DNA of 64,000 nt from positions 21,050-85,049 of IMG/VR virus record IMGVR_UViG_3300049432_000151, one strand, 5' to 3'. Positions within the stretch are counted from its first letter, which is position 1. Every line of letters starts with the position of its first letter. This document shows, in pieces, positions 1-9,193 of this stretch. Made by a program: the position numbers and the translations under genes. This stretch comes from a virus. Under the pieces are notes generated by a model. It worked only from the letters and a program-made list of their open reading frames with translations. It was not told the DNA's origin and searched no databases.

Positions 1-856
1 ATCTTTGCTGATAAAAATCGACCAAAAGATCGTGTGTGGGATGATCTGGCGTGGTTGGTTTGACCACAGAGGAGTGATTCGTTCCGGGAAGCAACGTAGC
101 CGGGCCGAAGTAGCGCCCCGCCGATTCGGCTGTCACAACTCGTTGCTTGGTGAGGAAGGGAATATACCGATAGTGAAGGATGAAATGATGTTCGTATGCT
201 TCCATCCCCGTCAATCGCGGTATTCGCTTCAGATCAACCAAGCGTTTGAATCGCGCGTCCAAATCCTTCAACAAATCACTACCCCATTGAAGATCCTGAC
301 CGGCCTCGTTCTCATACATCTCGGCGAGCCATTTCAACGAGTCCGCATTGTTCGATCCGTATGAGGGCGACGCGATCAGTAAAAGTCCTACCGTTTTGTC
401 TTTGAAGTCCGGCCAATCTTCCGTTAGAAGGTAGCGCACAACCACGCCGCCGAGGCTGTGCGCCACGAACAAAATGTTGCGCGCATCCATCACTCTTCGG
501 CCGAGCTGATCACGACGCTGTAGGCTGCGACTTACGGCATCGGCAGCGGCGCGGACACTGAAGTCAGAAGAGTCGGCCGCCGTGTAGTACCCGGCCAGAA
601 AGATTCCGCTCTCTTTAAAACGCAGGTCTTTTTGTACGAGCTGCGGCCAGTACGCTGGCGTCTTCCCTTCAGCGTACCAGGCATCTCCACTGTCCGACAG
701 CAACCCGTGTACGTAGACGATCACGGTGTTCTTGCTTCGAGCCTCGAACCACACGTTGTTCGGACGTGGTACTGCTTTCGAATAAACATCTCCTGCGGTC
801 ACTATCATCAGGAGAATCAGCGCGGATACGAATCGGTACGGTCTCGCGTAAGTCAC
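1..856 (-). CDS. Alpha/beta-hydrolase fold protein (lipase/esterase-like), 3' end runs off the window
   Basis: Not in the ORF track (no stop in window). Manual translation from GTG at 856 gives a hydrophobic N-terminus, VIVYVHGLLSD and NILFVAHSLGGVVVRY (nucleophile elbow). GAGGG RBS-like sequence upstream. Confidence 0.75.
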   Translation of the reverse strand, partial: MTYARPYRFVSALILLMIVTAGDVYSKAVPRPNNVWFEARSKNTVIVYVHGLLSDSGDAWYAEGKTPAYWPQLVQKDLRFKESGIFLAGYYTAADSSDFSVRAAADAVSRSLQRRDQLGRRVMDARNILFVAHSLGGVVVRYLLTEDWPDFKDKTVGLLLIASPSYGSNNADSLKWLAEMYENEAGQDLQWGSDLLKDLDARFKRLVDLKRIPRLTGMEAYEHHFILHYRYIPFLTKQRVVTAESAGRYFGPATLLPGTNHSSVVKPTTPDHPTHDLLVDFYQQR

Positions 857-1148
857 AATCTCACCCTCAGACGAGCGTGGCTTGACGCGTCTCGATCGAG
901 ACATTCATGCCGGAACATCTCGACCGAAGCTTCACTCCTTCGACTGGGGATACTTTGGAGTGTGCGTCCGACGCTAAATCCCTACCCTAGTCAGTGACAT
1001 TGTCCACCACTTCGACGCCGAGCGGACGCCGTGGACCTGGGAGCCCCGTCTGAGTTACGCCAACGGTGTGCCCTCCGGCCGATCTGCCCTGCGAAGAACG
1101 TCACCGAGCGCAGTGTCCGCGAGCGCGACGCCGTCGTAGCCTTTCGCG

Positions 1149-1377
1149 ATGCTTCGACGCTATGTCTTCTGCGCGGGTACCGCGACGTTGAGCGCAGCCG
1201 GTGGGCAACATCGTCGAGAACTGTGGATTGGCGTCGAGCTCGAGTCTCCGCGTGGGCGTCGACGTGCGAGCCTTCTCACGAGAGCATGGCTATGACCTCG
1301 TTCCCGCGGAGGCCTTCAGCGCCGAGGAGTTGGCCTCGATCGGTGTCGGCACCTTCGCTCACCTTCAAATCGTGTAG
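1149..1377 (+). pseudogene. Frameshifted paralog of the small ORF at 4061-4309
   Basis: MLRRYVFCAGTATLSAAGGQHRRELWIGVEL, then after ~7 extra nt at 1242-1248, RVGVDVRAFSREHGYDLVPAEAFSAEELASIGVGTFAHLQIV*. Aligns end to end with the 4061 ORF. Confidence 0.7.
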
Positions 1378-1466
1378 CGACTCCTTAGGAGGAAGCAACC
1401 GACCCTGACGACAGGTAAATACTGCACCGCCTAGTATCACCGCGGCCGTTGTTGATCGCCCCGTAC

Positions 1467-3734
1467 TTACTGAGCCGCCTGACTGCCGGCTTCGACCGTA
1501 GCGGTGACGGTGTAGGTAACCGGCCCCGGATAACCCTGTACGACGATCCACCAAAGTCCGGCCGCCGGGTTGCGGTGGATACACTGCTCCGTTCGCGCAC
1601 GTCCGCTTGCGGCACAGACGCGGCGATTACCTTTTGGTGGCTCGGCAAAGTTGGTATACAGGTCAACGTCCGATGAGCCTTGAACGTCGACGCGCAGGGT
1701 CTTTGCTTGGTTTGGGACTGTGATCGCATAGCTGCGCGCGCTATTGCGCGGCAGGGTTTCGCCAACTCTCGCTACGCCGCTCGTGAGGTCGAGGTACGGA
1801 CATGACGAGGTGAAGTCGACCGTCTTCGTAGTCGGGATACTCACCGTCTGCGTCGTCGGCGAGAACTCGCAGAACGGCTTTGTCAGCGTTACTCCGTAGG
1901 TGCCCGCGACAAGGTCCGTCACGGTGTACACGCCAGTATCACCATTCGCCGTGAAGCTTAGCGGCGTGGCGCCTTTAGTCAAAGTAATGCTTGTATATGG
2001 CGACGGAACGCGAATTTGCAAGGAGTACGTCAAGCGCGCGGTCACCGTTGGACTGACATCCGCCGCGGCTGCGTGTAGCGCGATCCACCAGCGACCGGGA
2101 CGCGGAACCTCTGCTTCGCACATCCTTTCCCCGACGCCGGACACCCGGCAAGGAGTGGAAGCGCCTGTTGCTTTGGAGCCGAAAGTTGCAAACAGCTCTC
2201 CGCCAGCGGCGTCGCTACTTGTGACATTCAACCCTTGAGTTCCCGGAGGCACATCGATCCAATAATATCGCCACCGACCGCGTTCGAGCCGCTGGCCTGC
2301 GGCTGGGTTTCCATCGAAGAGTGGAGTATCCACTTCCGCTCTAATTTCTTTCGGCGCCGGTGCAGGCAACTCCGCCGGCGCTGGGCTGAACCAGTTAGTG
2401 AAGGCCGTGCGGAACATGCCGTCGCGACGGTCGGAGAGCAGTAACACGGCGATGACCAGCGCGCCTGCGATTGCGATCGGCAGGCCCCCTGCCCAATTGA
2501 CTTTGGCGCCCGCGGATGGCGGGATCGCGGTCTCTGGTGCCGGCGCAGATTCAGCCAACTTCGAGCGAAAAAGCCACATGACAGCGACAAGCGCGAGAAC
2601 AGCCCAAGAGACGATTCCGACCGTCGAGAAACCCGGGATGTCGAACCACGCTGCAGCAAGCCGGACGAGCCAGCCGGTCAAAGCACACGGCACCGCTGCG
2701 GCTACCGCTATTTGATACGAGCGCTGCAGCGTTCGCTGTCCAGTCATATCGGTACGCCACATCTTCGCGAGTGCCGCCGTCCCCAACGGCAGGATCAGGA
2801 AAAGGAGGAAGCCGACAAGCACTGTTCCAGCGACGAACGGTGCTCGAGCTGGGTCGATGAGGGTTGTCGGTGCAGTCGACGTGCGTAGATATTCAACGAG
2901 CTTCGGCGCGAAAGCTCGCGCGCCCAGAAGCAAGGTGCCGGCGGCAACCGCCGTCAGAAGGTACTGAAGGAGATATTTCGCTTGAGATCTAAATCCGCGT
3001 AAGAAGTCGTCATAGATGCGCTGGGCAACGATGGCGATCACGGCACCGACAGCTGCGGGAAAACGCACCGGTACCTGGGCAAGCGCGCTAGGAACCGCGA
3101 TGGTGGTCATCCACACATCAGGGACCGCATCAAATGAACCCTGCGCGCGACTTCGGACGATTGCAATGATGACCCAGGTGATGACTATCGGCAAGAGGAG
3201 GAGTAGGCGGATGTCTGCGAATCGATGAAGCGCTGCGATTAGTTTGACATCAGCGGCCGGGTACAGCGTTCTAGGCAAGGCGCGCCCGAGACTATCGAGT
3301 AACAGGATAACCAAGTAGGCGACCTGAGCGCTCGCGAGCCATCGCGGGATTGTGGAGTTGTTCTTCTCGTCGCTTGTATGGACGTCCACTACATATGCAG
3401 CGATAGTCGCGTGAGCCATCAGATACGCGAAGTAAACCTCCGGTCGCGTCGGCCGGTGGAGCACTAGTAGCGCCGTGGGAAAAGCGAGGAAAGCGACACC
3501 CAGAAGGGAGCCGACGCTGGATGCGAATGACGTGGCTGTACTCGCAACCACGTGCAACACAACTGCGACTAGAAGAGTGGCGGTAGTAACGTCAACGCCA
3601 ATCGCGTCGGCACGATCGCGTGAAAATCCGGAGATATAGACCGCCAGCGTGATCCACAGTACCGCGTACACACAGATCACTGCGACGGTGTAGTCGCTGC
3701 GGAGCCAGGTGCTGGACTTCGGTTTCGCTGCCAC
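1467..3734 (-). CDS. Multi-pass membrane protein with C-terminal PPC (pre-peptidase C-terminal)-like domains
   Basis: 755 aa. Many hydrophobic segments in the N-terminal 430 aa. Two PPC-like repeats (WRYYWIDVPPG...PGRWWIAL; RSYAITVP...DVDLY...AGLWWIVVQGY). Confidence 0.7.
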   Translation of the reverse strand: MAAKPKSSTWLRSDYTVAVICVYAVLWITLAVYISGFSRDRADAIGVDVTTATLLVAVVLHVVASTATSFASSVGSLLGVAFLAFPTALLVLHRPTRPEVYFAYLMAHATIAAYVVDVHTSDEKNNSTIPRWLASAQVAYLVILLLDSLGRALPRTLYPAADVKLIAALHRFADIRLLLLLPIVITWVIIAIVRSRAQGSFDAVPDVWMTTIAVPSALAQVPVRFPAAVGAVIAIVAQRIYDDFLRGFRSQAKYLLQYLLTAVAAGTLLLGARAFAPKLVEYLRTSTAPTTLIDPARAPFVAGTVLVGFLLFLILPLGTAALAKMWRTDMTGQRTLQRSYQIAVAAAVPCALTGWLVRLAAAWFDIPGFSTVGIVSWAVLALVAVMWLFRSKLAESAPAPETAIPPSAGAKVNWAGGLPIAIAGALVIAVLLLSDRRDGMFRTAFTNWFSPAPAELPAPAPKEIRAEVDTPLFDGNPAAGQRLERGRWRYYWIDVPPGTQGLNVTSSDAAGGELFATFGSKATGASTPCRVSGVGERMCEAEVPRPGRWWIALHAAAADVSPTVTARLTYSLQIRVPSPYTSITLTKGATPLSFTANGDTGVYTVTDLVAGTYGVTLTKPFCEFSPTTQTVSIPTTKTVDFTSSCPYLDLTSGVARVGETLPRNSARSYAITVPNQAKTLRVDVQGSSDVDLYTNFAEPPKGNRRVCAASGRARTEQCIHRNPAAGLWWIVVQGYPGPVTYTVTATVEAGSQAAQ

Positions 3735-3886
3735 GGATTTTTTCCGTCATCATACGCCACCGTCTGGTCAGACAGCGACGGTTCCGAATCGGCTTCGCAA
3801 ACCGGTCGTGTCGACCGGTGTCACTGGCGCCACTGGCGCGGTCCTTCAATGGGGCAGAAGGCACTGGACTGACCGTGGCCTTCGAA

Positions 3887-3965
3887 TGCTACGATGATCC
3901 CCGAATCGTGGATGGGCTGAGCGACTAACCTTCCCGAGCTTTCGGTCAGCTCATTGCGTAGATTC
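3887..3965 (+). repeat. Structured repeat copy 1 (TGCTACGAT -10-like box plus ~60-nt hairpin); possible small RNA
   Basis: 3902-3954 nearly identical to 4718-4771. Arms GAATC..ATGGGCTGA and TCAGCTCAT..GATTC can pair. Confidence 0.6.
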
Positions 3966-4060
3966 GTGTCAGCTAACTCCTGGCTTTACCCGGCCGAAGC
4001 CTCTGATTTCCGGCGCGTACCGCAGTTCAACCGCGCAATGGTCCATCGCATGATCGCTTC

Positions 4061-4309
4061 GTGCACCGCCGCTTCGTCTTCTGCGCCGGCACGGCCACCA
4101 TCAGAGCCGGTGGCCACGAACACCGCCGAGAATTATGGATCGGAGTGGAAGTTCGGCGTGACGTCGATGTCCGCGCATTCTCGCGAGATCACGGTTATGA
4201 CCTGGTGCCGGCGGACGACTTCACCGCTGACGAGCTGGCGTCGATCGGCGTCCGGACGTTCGCTCTCCTGCACATCGACGGGGACTGCGGAAATACTTCC
4301 TCACCGTAG
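4061..4309 (+). CDS. Small hypothetical protein (82 aa)
   Basis: Conserved at amino-acid level with the paralog at 1149, with synonymous differences. CATGAT -10-like box 6 nt before the GTG. Confidence 0.6.
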   Translation: MHRRFVFCAGTATIRAGGHEHRRELWIGVEVRRDVDVRAFSRDHGYDLVPADDFTADELASIGVRTFALLHIDGDCGNTSSP

Positions 4310-4359
4310 TAGACTTGCAGCAGACGCAACGGTAGCTCGGCCCTACTCGCGCCCACCTA

Positions 4360-4701
4360 ATGCCAGTCTGCGGCACTGTCGTTGCGCCATCGGCGGACAC
4401 GAACACTCCTCGTGTGCCGATCGGCGGGACGCGACTAGAACTCGCAATCAAACGCGCGATCGCCGACATCGAAGCCTCGGGGCGCATGGTGCTGATGCCG
4501 GCGGACTTCGGCATCCCGGAACGCCGCTGCTTCACCCCGACCGAGCTCGCGCCGTTCCTCTACATCTGCCCGAAGACGGTGCAGCGGATGATTGATGACG
4601 AGATCCTGCTCGCGCTTCCGATGCGCGAGCGCGGTGAGCCGAAGATTCCCTACTCCGCGGTCGTGTACTACTTCCTGCGGCAGCAGGGAGCGATGAACTG
4701 A
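4360..4701 (+). CDS. Excisionase-like (MerR/HTH_17-type) DNA-binding protein
   Basis: C-terminal FTPTELAPFLYICPKTVQRMIDDEILLA...KIPYSAV resembles the xis-type winged HTH pattern. Confidence 0.6.
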   Translation: MPVCGTVVAPSADTNTPRVPIGGTRLELAIKRAIADIEASGRMVLMPADFGIPERRCFTPTELAPFLYICPKTVQRMIDDEILLALPMRERGEPKIPYSAVVYYFLRQQGAMN

Positions 4702-4703
4702 TC

Positions 4704-4779
4704 TGTTACGATTGCCGCGAATCGTGGATGGGCTGACCTACTGACCCTGCCCGAGTTTTCGGTCAGCTCATCCAGATTC
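4704..4779 (+). repeat. Structured repeat copy 2 (TGTTACGAT -10-like box plus hairpin)
   Basis: GAATC-G-TGGATGGGCTGACC ... GGTCAGCTCATCCA-GATTC long imperfect inverted repeat. Direct repeat of 3887-3965. Confidence 0.6.
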
Positions 4780-4784
4780 ACTTC

Positions 4785-4958
4785 CTACTTCTCCTTCCGA
4801 ACTCCCTTGAACGGCTTGTCATCGGACGTCTTCCGGTCCAAGAACTTGCCGGTCTCCGTGTCGCGCTTCGTCCAGTCGTCCGTCTTCGGGTTGTGAACCT
4901 GAGAACGGTCACGAACTGCGCCGACGCGACCGGGGCCCTTCGGTGGGTTTGTTGCCAT
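4785..4958 (-). CDS. Small basic hypothetical protein (57 aa), last gene of the XRE-ImmA operon
   Basis: Below ORF-track cutoff. MATNPPKGPGRVGAVRDRSQVHNPKTDDWTKRDTETGKFLDRKTSDDKPFKGVRKEK*, with a strong GGAGGTGA RBS. Confidence 0.75.
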   Translation of the reverse strand: MATNPPKGPGRVGAVRDRSQVHNPKTDDWTKRDTETGKFLDRKTSDDKPFKGVRKEK

Positions 4959-4986
4959 TGTCTCTCACCTCCTCTCTATTGAGATT

Positions 4987-6075
4987 TCAGCGCACAACGC
5001 GCAGCGCCGTCTGATCTTTGAAATAGATGTCTCGCAGCCTTGACTCGACCGTCATGAGGTTGTGCTCGAAGTCGTCGGCGGCCCAGCCGAGGTCCGTCTC
5101 GCACGTCGTGATCACCTTCTGCATCAGCGACGGCTGCTCGAGCGTTATGTCGAGTTCACGCGGTTCCCTCTTCCGGAATCCAAGAGCGGAAAACTTTGAC
5201 CACATGTAGCGCTGCTGGTTTGCGGTCAGTTTGCCCAGATCACCGGCACGTTTCAGCAGCGATGCCATGGATACCTTCCAGTACGGTTTCAAGCGGGCAA
5301 GCTGCGGCAACGTGATGTTGTTCAGGCTCGTGCGAATGTCGACCGCAGGCATCAAGAACTCCGCTGCGAACGCGTCTGCCTGCGCCTCCATCTCCGGGTT
5401 TGGGTGCGTGTGCATGACCAAGTGGCCGACCTCATGCGCAAGCGAATAGCGGTACCGGTCTCCCGGGAGACAGGAGTTCAGAAAGAACATCGGCGGCAAG
5501 CCTGGGTACCAGCGGCTAACCGCATCGAGGAGCGTCGTCTCAAAATCGAGCACGAACACCAGGCCACCTGCGCCCTCAACAAGTTGAGTGAGGTTGCTCA
5601 CCGGGCCCGACGGCACGCGCCACATGGCGCGGACGTGGCGTGCTATCTCAACGGCGTCCCGCGATTCGAGCGGGTCGTCGACGTCGATCAGCGGAAAGAC
5701 ATAGTCGCTCTCGAAGTCGATCGATTTGAGAATCTCTTCGAGGTGAATCCGAATGGTGTCAATGAGCGCGTGAAGGCGCGCGAGCTGCCTCTTCGGCATG
5801 ATCGCGCGCTTACGGTGGTAAATCTCCGTCACCCCTGTGCCGCTGTGCCGCCGGCCTGGCCGAGTAAAAAAGGCGGGTGTCCGCCCAAGCTGTGCGCTCA
5901 GCCGCTCGAGGAAAGCGTTATCAACGCCAGTCTCCTGAGCTTCCATCCTCGACAGCTTTCCTTGAGCGATCTCCAACCGCGCAGCGAGCTCCGTCTGCGT
6001 CAAGCCATCGGCTTCGCGCGCGAGCACGAGCATTTCTGGATTGATCGAGATGCGATCGCCGAACAAGTCAGCCAT
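4987..6075 (-). CDS. XRE-family HTH fused to ImmA/IrrE Zn-metallopeptidase (RmrA-like antitoxin/regulator)
   Basis: AREADGLTQTELAARLEIAQGKLSRME (HTH_3). RYSLAHEVGH (HExxH) and EAQADAFAAEFLMP. Start taken at ATG 6075, overlapping the upstream stop. Confidence 0.9.
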   Translation of the reverse strand: MADLFGDRISINPEMLVLAREADGLTQTELAARLEIAQGKLSRMEAQETGVDNAFLERLSAQLGRTPAFFTRPGRRHSGTGVTEIYHRKRAIMPKRQLARLHALIDTIRIHLEEILKSIDFESDYVFPLIDVDDPLESRDAVEIARHVRAMWRVPSGPVSNLTQLVEGAGGLVFVLDFETTLLDAVSRWYPGLPPMFFLNSCLPGDRYRYSLAHEVGHLVMHTHPNPEMEAQADAFAAEFLMPAVDIRTSLNNITLPQLARLKPYWKVSMASLLKRAGDLGKLTANQQRYMWSKFSALGFRKREPRELDITLEQPSLMQKVITTCETDLGWAADDFEHNLMTVESRLRDIYFKDQTALRVVR

Positions 6076-6724
6076 TCTTCTTCTCGTCTGATTTGGATTT
6101 GAAGGGCACAACCTTCGCTGCGTCCTTCTTTACTCTTACGGTCGTCTGCGGCGCTGAATGCCGGGGTGGCATCGCGGAGATCGGCTGCGTGCGCGCGTTC
6201 GGGTAAGGAAGATCGATCGAGTAGGCGACGCTGTCGACGCCAACCTGCTTCGGGAAGACGACGTGAGCGGATGAGATCGCGGTACCGAAACGATCCAGGA
6301 TGTAGCCAGCATCTAGACAAGCTGTGCTTTCAAGGAAGCCAGCCATGTCGCCATTTGCGAATTGCAGCGACTGCTGAGTCTCAATGTTCCGCGACCGCTT
6401 GTGAGAATCGAGCTTTTTGAAACGTACGCAAGCCGCGCCGTCGATGACCAACAGGAACATACCGCGCCGTTCCACAAATTGAATCCCGGCGACACCGTCG
6501 AACCGGCGCTTCACAGCGGCGACGATAAAATCGCGAATGTCAGAAGCCTGACTGCGAGCGTGAAGCTTGATCCTCTGCTCCTCCGGCAGGCGAAAATACT
6601 CGTCGAACCCTTCATGAACGCAGTTGGCGATCTCCTGAAGATGCGGCCGGAGGTGCCGTTTGACCTTCTCTCTCGGTATCCAGACTTTGACGTCACCCTT
6701 CACTTTTACCTCTCTCTCTAACAT
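6068..6724 (-). CDS. Hypothetical protein coupled to XRE-ImmA (putative RosmerTA-type toxin)
   Basis: 218 aa; 8-nt overlap with the peptidase gene. Contains VRFKKLD..RSRNIETQQ. Toxin role inferred from gene order only. Confidence 0.55.
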   Translation of the reverse strand: MLEREVKVKGDVKVWIPREKVKRHLRPHLQEIANCVHEGFDEYFRLPEEQRIKLHARSQASDIRDFIVAAVKRRFDGVAGIQFVERRGMFLLVIDGAACVRFKKLDSHKRSRNIETQQSLQFANGDMAGFLESTACLDAGYILDRFGTAISSAHVVFPKQVGVDSVAYSIDLPYPNARTQPISAMPPRHSAPQTTVRVKKDAAKVVPFKSKSDEKKNG

Positions 6725-6783
6725 GTTGAATTTGCTGCTTGTGGGCGAGCGGACACGAAAGAGATTTGCTTTTGATCCTCTCG

Positions 6784-6811
6784 ATTATACAGGGCGATTG
6801 ACCCCTGTCAA
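6784..6811 (-). promoter_or_regulatory. Consensus sigma70 promoter (TTGACA-N16-TATAAT) with overlapping palindromes
   Basis: Minus strand reads TTGACA ggggtcaatcgccctg TATAAT, 60 nt upstream of the 6724 start. TTGAC-N4-GTCAA and ACAGGG..CCCTGT inverted repeats overlap it. Confidence 0.7.
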
Positions 6812-6930
6812 CGCCAAAAGTCGGCCTTTCCTGGAATCGTCGCGGGGACAGGTCCGGACAAATTCGACTCCCTGATCACCCCGGCCTAACTCGCCTCATC
6901 GGACAGGCCGGGTCTAGCACCCTGCGCGGC

Positions 6931-7140
6931 ATGAAGATGCCCTGCACTGATCCGAACTGCTCCGAAGGCAAGCTCACCGTCATCCGCTCGCGCCATTACC
7001 CCGAGGCATCGCAGACGCGGCGTGTCTACCGTTGCGACCGATGCGGCCGGCTCGCTTCGTCCAGTGAAAAGCTGACGAACGGCAACCGGGCGTCGACCTA
7101 CCTGCCGCCCGCGAAAAAGTTCTCGCCATCCACCTGCTAG
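6931..7140 (+). CDS. Zinc-ribbon protein (Ogr/Delta- or NrdR N-terminal-like), possible transcription regulator
   Basis: CxxxxC...VIRSR...RRVYRCxxC...SSE pattern. Confidence 0.6.
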   Translation: MKMPCTDPNCSEGKLTVIRSRHYPEASQTRRVYRCDRCGRLASSSEKLTNGNRASTYLPPAKKFSPSTC

Positions 7141-7164
7141 ACGCGGCTCAGAAAGTGAGGAGTT

Positions 7165-8022
7165 ATGCAGCTCGTTATCGAAACTGCTACCTGTAGCACG
7201 TTCGCGGTTGCTCGTGAACCAGGAAAACCGCATCATTTCGCTACGGTGCCGATGGTGCGACAAGCACTCAGCACCCCCGCCGAAGCAGCGCAATCCGACA
7301 CGGACAATGTGATGGGCGAACAGCGGACGGTAGTCCGTTCGGCCGTGGTCCGGATGGTCGCGCGGTACGTTGCTCTTCGTCAGCGCGGACGGATTCGTTC
7401 CGCCGCCGGCCAAATAGCCATCGATGAGAGCCGCACCGGGCGCCTCCGGATCACGGACGCGGACCTTGACGGGCTCACCGATGTCCAAACACTCGACCTG
7501 ATCGCGCTGGCATCGCTGCGACGAGCGATCTACGCGGCACCTGAGAAGCGGACCGACGTCCGCTACGCCAGCGGAAACCTGATGCGGTCAGTCGCGCCGC
7601 TCCGCGTCATCGCGCAGATCGTCAGGTCAAGGCCGGCTCGCCACTCGGCGTCGTCTCCCGAAGATAGTGAGCTCAACCTCTGGCTGACGACAGTCGCCTC
7701 GAAGCTCCATCACATTCCGCGCGAGAACGCGTTGGCAATACTCGAGGCGGAGACGCGACGCTTCCGCCTGGTCGAGATTCGGAACGAGCTGCAGGCGGCG
7801 CGGTCTGCCGTACAGCGGTTTCGCAGCGGCGGCAAGAACGCAAAGAACCTGAGGCGCCTCGCTGATGAGCGCGTCGCGGAGATCCGCTCTCGCGAGGCGT
7901 TCGAGTCGGACCGCCTCACCCGGCTCGTTCGGACCCGGCTCTACAAAGACGGGCTTGAGCTGCTGTGGCGCGTCTGCACCGAGACGCCGGAGATCGAAGC
8001 CTACTGCTTCGGAGAAGAATGA
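7165..8022 (+). CDS. Hypothetical phage protein
   Basis: 285 aa, GAGGAG RBS, overlaps the next start. No recognised motif. Confidence 0.6.
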   Translation: MQLVIETATCSTFAVAREPGKPHHFATVPMVRQALSTPAEAAQSDTDNVMGEQRTVVRSAVVRMVARYVALRQRGRIRSAAGQIAIDESRTGRLRITDADLDGLTDVQTLDLIALASLRRAIYAAPEKRTDVRYASGNLMRSVAPLRVIAQIVRSRPARHSASSPEDSELNLWLTTVASKLHHIPRENALAILEAETRRFRLVEIRNELQAARSAVQRFRSGGKNAKNLRRLADERVAEIRSREAFESDRLTRLVRTRLYKDGLELLWRVCTETPEIEAYCFGEE

Positions 8023-8234
8023 ACCTTGTCGTCAGTCACCCCACATCGCGCGGCGGCGGAAGGCTGCTCCTGCCGGTCTGGGGGACTGCGCACATCGCAC
8101 TTGGCGGGCGCGTCTATGACGTCCCGCTGCTGGGCGAAAGCGTTGAAACACTCGTTGGGCTCGAAGTGGATGGCATGTCGCTCGACAAGGGCGAGGTCTG
8201 GTTCGAAGACATCCGCGAGGCGCACTCCCATTGA
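8019..8234 (+). CDS. Small hypothetical phage protein
   Basis: ATGA overlap with the upstream stop and TTGA overlap with the downstream start. Confidence 0.55.
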   Translation: MNLVVSHPTSRGGGRLLLPVWGTAHIALGGRVYDVPLLGESVETLVGLEVDGMSLDKGEVWFEDIREAHSH

Positions 8235-8806
8235 AGTCCGCATTCGATGAGATCCGTGCGGATGAGTACTCTGTCGCGAACGAAGCGGCGCAGCTCGGCC
8301 TGCTGCTGATCAACAAGGTCGAAGAACACGAGCACCTGCAGCCAGCGAACATCGGGTACGTCTTTCGAGATGACGAGATCCGGCGCCGCGGCAAGGTGGT
8401 TGGTGCCGAGGCAATCCTCGTCGAACGCATTCTGCAAAGCGACCCGCGATACGCGCGGCTCGTAAAGTGGGCGTTTCTCCGGGTCTTGGGCGCCGCCGAG
8501 CTGCCCGACTTCATCGTCCTCATCGACCACAACATCTGGGAAGGGCTCGACGTAGAGCAGCGCCTCGCGCTCGTGGACCACGAGTTGTCGCATTGCTCTT
8601 ACCAGACCGAGGACGACGGCGCGACCCAGAAGTTCCGCAAAGATGGATCGCCCCTCTGGGCCGTGCGCGGGCACGACGTTGAGGAGTTTGCGTCAGTGGT
8701 CCAGCGCAACGGCCTATGGAACGCCGAGCTGGTAACGTTCGCGCGCGCAATCGTCGATTCCTTGGCGACCCGCGGCACACCGGCTTACCTCGACGGAGCG
8801 CAGTAG
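8231..8806 (+). CDS. Putative phage metallopeptidase
   Basis: LALVDHELSH (HExxH) and GHDVEEF motifs; lies before the terminase genes. Confidence 0.8.
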   Translation: MKSAFDEIRADEYSVANEAAQLGLLLINKVEEHEHLQPANIGYVFRDDEIRRRGKVVGAEAILVERILQSDPRYARLVKWAFLRVLGAAELPDFIVLIDHNIWEGLDVEQRLALVDHELSHCSYQTEDDGATQKFRKDGSPLWAVRGHDVEEFASVVQRNGLWNAELVTFARAIVDSLATRGTPAYLDGAQ

Positions 8807-8809
8807 CAA

Positions 8810-9118
8810 CTATTTGATCGTGCCCGCGTCCTTGCTGCACGATGTCCAATCGTTGAGGCAGTTTTGATGGCATTTGTCCTGGATCGCGCCATTCTCTTCC
8901 TTCGATAGCTCCGCGCGGCGGCCCCGATGTAGAGCGTTGCACTTCTTCAGGCAGTTGCCGATCGCGAGGTTGCATCGGCCCTGTTTGTCATCAGGTTTTT
9001 TCGCGACGACCTTCGGCTTCTTAGTCTTCGATACCGTGGTGGTGGTCTGAGATTGCGTCGCGGGCAAAAGCGCGACGAAGGCGAACATAACCGCAAGCGC
9101 TAACGCTGATCTCACCAT
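8810..9118 (-). CDS. Small secreted Cys-rich protein (moron)
   Basis: Signal peptide; 6 Cys in a C-x6-C-x3-C ... C-x3-C-x6-C arrangement; GGAG RBS. Confidence 0.6.
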   Translation of the reverse strand: MVRSALALAVMFAFVALLPATQSQTTTTVSKTKKPKVVAKKPDDKQGRCNLAIGNCLKKCNALHRGRRAELSKEENGAIQDKCHQNCLNDWTSCSKDAGTIK

Positions 9119-9193
9119 GATTGATCTCCTGTTTCCGCTTCATGGAAGGAGAGCCATCCGGCTGCAAACCCCTACCCGCAAAATGGAACCGAC

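Noticed and set aside
5-997. + strand ORFs 5-364 and 632-997
   Set aside because: They are shadows of the minus-strand alpha/beta hydrolase.
3887-4779. Hairpin repeats as integron attC sites or a CRISPR array
   Set aside because: No RYYYAAC/GTTRRRY ends, only two copies 816 nt apart, and no integrase or cas genes.
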